Assembly (NCBI GenBank): GCA_030704615.1
Contig: CM060731.1
Location: forward strand, 94,488,001-94,552,000
Direction of reading: 5' to 3'
Length of the DNA: 64,000 bases
From: Takakia lepidozioides
Taxonomy: Eukaryota > Plantae > Bryophyta
Shown: positions 60,754-64,000 of the stretch, piece after piece
How the letters are laid out: each line of letters starts with the position of its first letter
Position numbering within the stretch: position 1 is the first letter of the stretch
The notes under the pieces: model-generated
Told to the model about the DNA's origin: nothing
What the model saw: the letters and a program-made list of their open reading frames with translations, nothing else
The model's database searches: none
Translations under genes and position numbers: made by a program

Positions 60754-62270
60754 GAGGTGGAGAGAGCTTGCAACATGATTCTCCTCGACATTCCAGATGG
60801 GGAGCTGCTGGAGGGCCTGGATGGTGTGCCCACCTGGAACAGGTTTACTGAGGACTACTGGAAAGCCGGGTTTGGGCTGGCAGGGATGCTTCTGGATGAC
60901 GGTGGATGTGTGGTTGTCCTTGCCACGAGAGGGAAGACCACAGAGAATGCGGTGGCAAGGTGGACACCCAAAAGTGTCACCCCGGTCCTCCTCAGAAAAT
61001 GGTTCTGCATCAGTACACAGGGGTTGCGAACAGAGGGCCAAAGTGTAAGTTATCAATCTATTGCATTCACTTCATATTGTGGTGTATGTTAAGTAGACCC
61101 TGGAGTTGATCCCTTCTTTGTTGGATGTGCAGACATTGGTGTTTGAGGCATATTGCTTTGTGAAGAGAGGGTCTATGTTCAAATTCCGCAACGACGGTCG
61201 TCTTGTTGATGCCGCTGTGGACCCTGTAACCTACGATGTCCTCTACAACTATGTGCCCCACTCCAGTATGCCGAAGGACACAAAGATAGGCAAACCGTGG
61301 CGGTACAGCCGGACCCCGGAGCCCTGCTTTCATCCAAACCCTCATGGAGACGTGCTCGGATGTCCAAGGGCGGATTCTGGACCTCACATGCGGCACGGGT
61401 AAGCCTTCACGTGATCAGTTTGTCCCCTGGCCCGATTGCAATTGCATGCCGCAAGCTATTAACCGCCCGCTTTGTTCCTCAGGTGCTTCAATGTGGGCAG
61501 GGACGTTGTCCGATAGGCATGTGTTCGCCTTCGAGCCAGATACTGCCCTCCACAACTCGGAACTTGCAGCGGCTGAATGTCTACCGAAAGAGGAAGAGGC
61601 ATCCTCGGAGGATAAGGAAAAATCTGAGAAGGAGCAGGGGGAGGAAGTTGGGATCGAGGCCGAGGAGCCCCCGGTTTACGAGTGAGTGGTGGCATTGTAA
61701 GTTGCCTCCAGATTTCGTGAGGCACCTCCCTCCGCTCTCTTATTTCATTGAAAACCCTTTCTGGTTGTGCTGGTATTGACATTCTTGAAGTGGATTTGTT
61801 CTTACTGTAGGATGCCAAGTACTGCCAGAGGGACGTCTACACCGGAGTTCATGGGCAAGAGGAATGTGCCTTTTTTTGCCAGGGGGGATTTCATGCCTAG
61901 TCCAGAAAGGGAGTACATCTTTCCTACTTATGCTGCCCGGCTTGCTTCGGTGTCCATTAGGAGGTGTTCCGAACCTAGTCGTGTACAGCAGATTTTAGAC
62001 GAGGCAAGCCTCAAGAAAATGAAGATGAGGGAGGAGGCAGCAGCTATTAGAGCCCGTCAGGCTCGTAGATTTGTGTTGGATTCTGCTGAGGAAAGTGGGG
62101 GAGAAGACGCAGAAGATTCCCAGGAGGTGAGGTGGACAGTCCCCCAAGGAGAGGACGGGATTTTTGAGAGGCATAGTGGAACTGATGCATCACAGAGCTC
62201 GGAGGATGAGGGGGATGAGGGGGATGAGGAAGAAGGTGGGGCAAGTTCCTCGGAGGGTGTAGGAGAGTAG
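58790..62270 (+). CDS. Spliced gene for a beta-class amino (N6A/N4C) DNA methyltransferase-like protein; exons ~58927-58997, 59093-59307, 59892-61044, 61133-61398, 61483-61681, 61811-62270; one +1 frameshift at ~61315; 5' end unresolved
   Basis: NMILLDIPDG (motif IV-like), LLDDGGCVVV, WRYSRT-RSPAFIQTLMETCSDVQGRILDLTCGTGASMWAG..RHVFAFEPD (motifs X, I, II). GT-AG junctions are phase-compatible. Confidence 0.75.
59375..59865. repeat. Intronic direct plus inverted repeat cluster
   Basis: A 95-bp unit GAACTGGAAATTCGGCGCCATTTT..GGCTAAGTCCCTAG at 59437, 59532 and 59627, with inverted core copies at ~59377, 59706 and 59835. Confidence 0.85.
60716..60751 (+). repeat. 36-nt poly-G tract in a coding exon
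   Basis: Direct count; it translates in frame as poly-Gly. Confidence 0.9.
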
Positions 62271-64000
62271 TGCCCATTCCGGCTATGACACTTAGAACAC
62301 ACTTGTATAGACGTGGCTTGCCACAAAATTTGCAATAAAATGTTGGATTTCAAGTCCACTGGTGCCACATTTCAACTTCACATGACCCTATTTCCGTGCC
62401 TCCTAACCCTATTTCCGTGGACTCACAATGGTCTGCTCATGCTTTTTTTTTTCCCGCTCATGCTCATGCCGCTCATGAAATAGCAGCCCCCCACAAACAA
62501 TGGTGAGGAACCAATGGAAAGGTCCGTAATAGAAAGACAATTGCACGAAAATGACAACATCATACCTCCCGCATGTACTGTCCGAACTGTCGATACCGGA
62601 AATGCCACCACCCCAACCAGCTGTGCAAGGCTCCTAGTGTCGTGCACCTCACTTTGGTAAGCTCTCCCCTCAAGTCATAGTTACTCGCTTGATGCGCGCG
62701 CCTAACTCCCAACCTGGCCGCCGGGCCAACTTGGAGCTCCGGTTGCTCACCGGGGCATAACGGTCCCCCCTTTGATCTCCCAAAGAACCCTCCAACGATT
62801 TCAAACCAGCGGAATTCCCTTTGGTAGTTGGCAGTCCGGAACAACTCCCCACTCTTTGGTCGCTTTCCGGCTCACTCGCTTACTCACTAGTTTTTGGTCA
62901 CCAATGGGCTTGCACCGTTCTCAGGTTTACTACTCCCTATATATACTTTTGTAGCTGTCCGCGGGGGTTTCACAAACAACCATGCCATTTTATGGCGAAC
63001 CACCACGAATACCCTTGACTCCCGGTGATGAGTCGCGGTGAGTCTTGGCCCACCCACCACGGCCCCTATGGACCGTGATGAGTCCCAAGACTCCCCACGA
63101 CTCCCACCACGAGGTCTCCGCCCTAGGGTGAGTCCTATGCCACCCCCACTAAGTCCCGCTAAGCTACCATCACCCCTTGTGGAGCCACCCCCACCGCACC
63201 CCGGTGTGCGGGGCTCCACCTAGTGAGCGCCTCTGCCTCCTTGAGTGCCTTGGGCACTTAAGGGTGCTTCAGCCCCCCATACCTATCACTGCCACTGCCC
63301 CCACCACAGGGGCAGCCCCTCTTGTGTCCCAACCCCCCTGCCTTCAAGGCAAAGGGCCGCGACACACACCCCTACTAACAGGGAGCCGATGTCCTCATCG
63401 GCTTGTCCCTTTTGTGGAAACGAACATCCAAGTTGTGGCGTCCCACATCAAGGAGTTTGTTTCCGTACCATGGCGTCCCATGGCAAAGAACCAAACCCCA
63501 CACTTGACTCTACTCTCCACTAGCTAGTTCGGCCGACTTCCTCCAAGTCCCGGCCAAGGGTGGAGCCTCTCAAGCTCATCCCAGTGCACTCTTCTTGGCC
63601 TACTTCAAGGCCAAGGAACGATCCTCCCCAAGGATCGAATCGCCTTACTGCAACAACATTGCTTGCGACCGCTCATGATGCCGCTTTTGGCATCACCTTG
63701 AGCAAGGGTTCACCTCGAACCCTCTTTGACTAGGAAGATAACCTTGAACCAACCGCGCGCCCCAATCACTACAATTGGGTCCGCCTTGGAATGCTGGCCT
63801 GAGGTACGGGAACACGCCGAAGCCGCACTACGACTTCGTCTCGAGGCTACACGATTATAGTACATGAACGGAAGCATGTAGCTTCCGCGTTAGCCCGCAC
63901 TACAAAGCAACCCCCTCGGTAGCGCAGTTATAGTATGCGCGCGCGCCAGGTGCGCACTAGCACGTGAACTCCTAAAGAAGGCGCAAGTTTCCTTGCCCCT

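Noticed and set aside
62770-64000. ORFs in the GC-rich terminal segment
   Set aside because: No recognisable domain; probably an unclassified repeat continuing beyond the window.

Overview
Eukaryotic, intron-containing DNA, most likely from a non-seed land plant (hornwort, lycophyte or fern type). This is inferred from PLS-class PPR fragments, a moss-like XIP aquaporin, a FAN-like BEACH gene and RTEX-like LINEs. All calls are by-eye motif recognition; no searches were run. 1-28.3 kb is a transposon graveyard. It holds a decayed Ty3/Gypsy element whose integrase ends in a PHD finger, and CACTA remnants (a TnpA-like ORF apparently fused to an FCP1/NIF domain, TnpD pieces, three right termini) around shuffled host-gene fragments (RPS3a, PPR, OSB-type PDF motifs). 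It also holds a 5-kb CCCGGGGGG-TIR element with an 8-bp TSD, LINE pieces that have turned into tandem arrays, and a MULE-type MITE. 30.9-44.5 kb is an apparently intact 22-exon FAN/NSMAF-like BEACH-WD40 gene whose introns carry LINE 3' ends, a SINE, and a 366-bp TRIM with a full tRNA-like cloverleaf in each LTR. 45.7-53.7 kb is a second Gypsy element with an extra 5' ORF and a dUTPase-like domain, followed by an XIP aquaporin gene. 58.8-62.3 kb is the most notable locus: a spliced gene encoding a bacterial-style beta-class N6-adenine/N4-cytosine DNA methyltransferase-like domain, with a 36-nt poly-G tract just upstream of the domain and one 1-nt frameshift inside it.
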